A stretch of 64,000 nucleotides of DNA from a virus. The notes beneath the pieces were generated by a model. That model did not search any database and was not told where the DNA came from. It saw only the letters and a list, made by a program, of their open reading frames with translations. Made by a program: the position numbers and the translations under genes. The DNA is taken from positions 64,001 to 128,000 of IMG/VR virus record IMGVR_UViG_3300023174_000050. The stretch is one strand, 5' to 3'. This document shows, one piece after another, positions 63,920-64,000 of this stretch (its first letter is position 1; each line of letters opens with the position of its first letter).

Positions 63920-64000
63920 ATGTCTAAGTCTCATTTTACCCCAGAACAACGAAAAGAATTAATTGTAAAATTAATTTCTAAGTTTGGTTCTAATGTAACC
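63920..64000 (+). CDS. Start of the next gene, 3'-truncated (possibly the MoxR/CobS-type AAA+ partner of the vWA protein)
   Basis: AGGAG RBS, ATG at 63920, MSKSHFTPEQRKELIVKLISKFGSNV...; the identity is inferred only from synteny. Confidence 0.4.
   Translation, partial: MSKSHFTPEQRKELIVKLISKFGSNVT

Noticed and set aside
1-64000. Stop-codon reassignment
   Set aside because: TAA, TGA (e.g. 263, 801) and TAG (40449) all end full-length conserved genes under the standard code.
1-64000. tRNA genes, rRNA, CRISPR arrays, diversity-generating retroelement
   Set aside because: Intergenic gaps are under about 95 nt with no cloverleaf or spaced direct repeats, and no reverse transcriptase or TR/VR pair was seen by eye.

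Overview
AT-rich (roughly one-third GC by eye), gene-dense 64-kb segment of a large T4-like myovirus with the gene order of environmental T4-like/cyanomyovirus-type phages. In order: a partial 2OG-Fe(II) oxygenase, heme oxygenase and a ferredoxin-dependent bilin reductase; gp33, gp59 and gp32; a reverse-strand block (tape-measure-like gene, gp51-like, gp26-like, gp54-like, gp2, gp4); the baseplate and tail-appendage region; neck, terminase, tail and head genes (gp13-gp23); gp3, uvsY, uvsW and gp55; a sigma70-driven accessory operon; then gp47, gp46, a second 2OG oxygenase and a peptidase-vWA protein. No tRNA, rRNA, CRISPR array, intron or photosynthesis gene was recognised. The strongest leads are: (1) a 7-deazaguanine pathway (QueE, FolE, QueD, a DpdA/TGT-fold enzyme, a DpdL-like T-fold protein, no QueC) interleaved with two GT-B glycosyltransferases and a GalE-like epimerase, suggesting an undescribed glycosylated base modification; (2) a preQ1-I-like pseudoknot upstream of queD; (3) a candidate programmed -1 frameshift (T TTT TTC plus a hairpin) joining the gp26-like ORF to a start-less gp51-like ORF just upstream of the tape-measure-like gene, like the lambda G/GT chaperones; (4) a heme oxygenase and PcyX/PcyA-like reductase pair; (5) unusual tail proteins and a possible overprinted ORF in gp46. 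All family assignments come from motifs recognised by eye, not from database searches.
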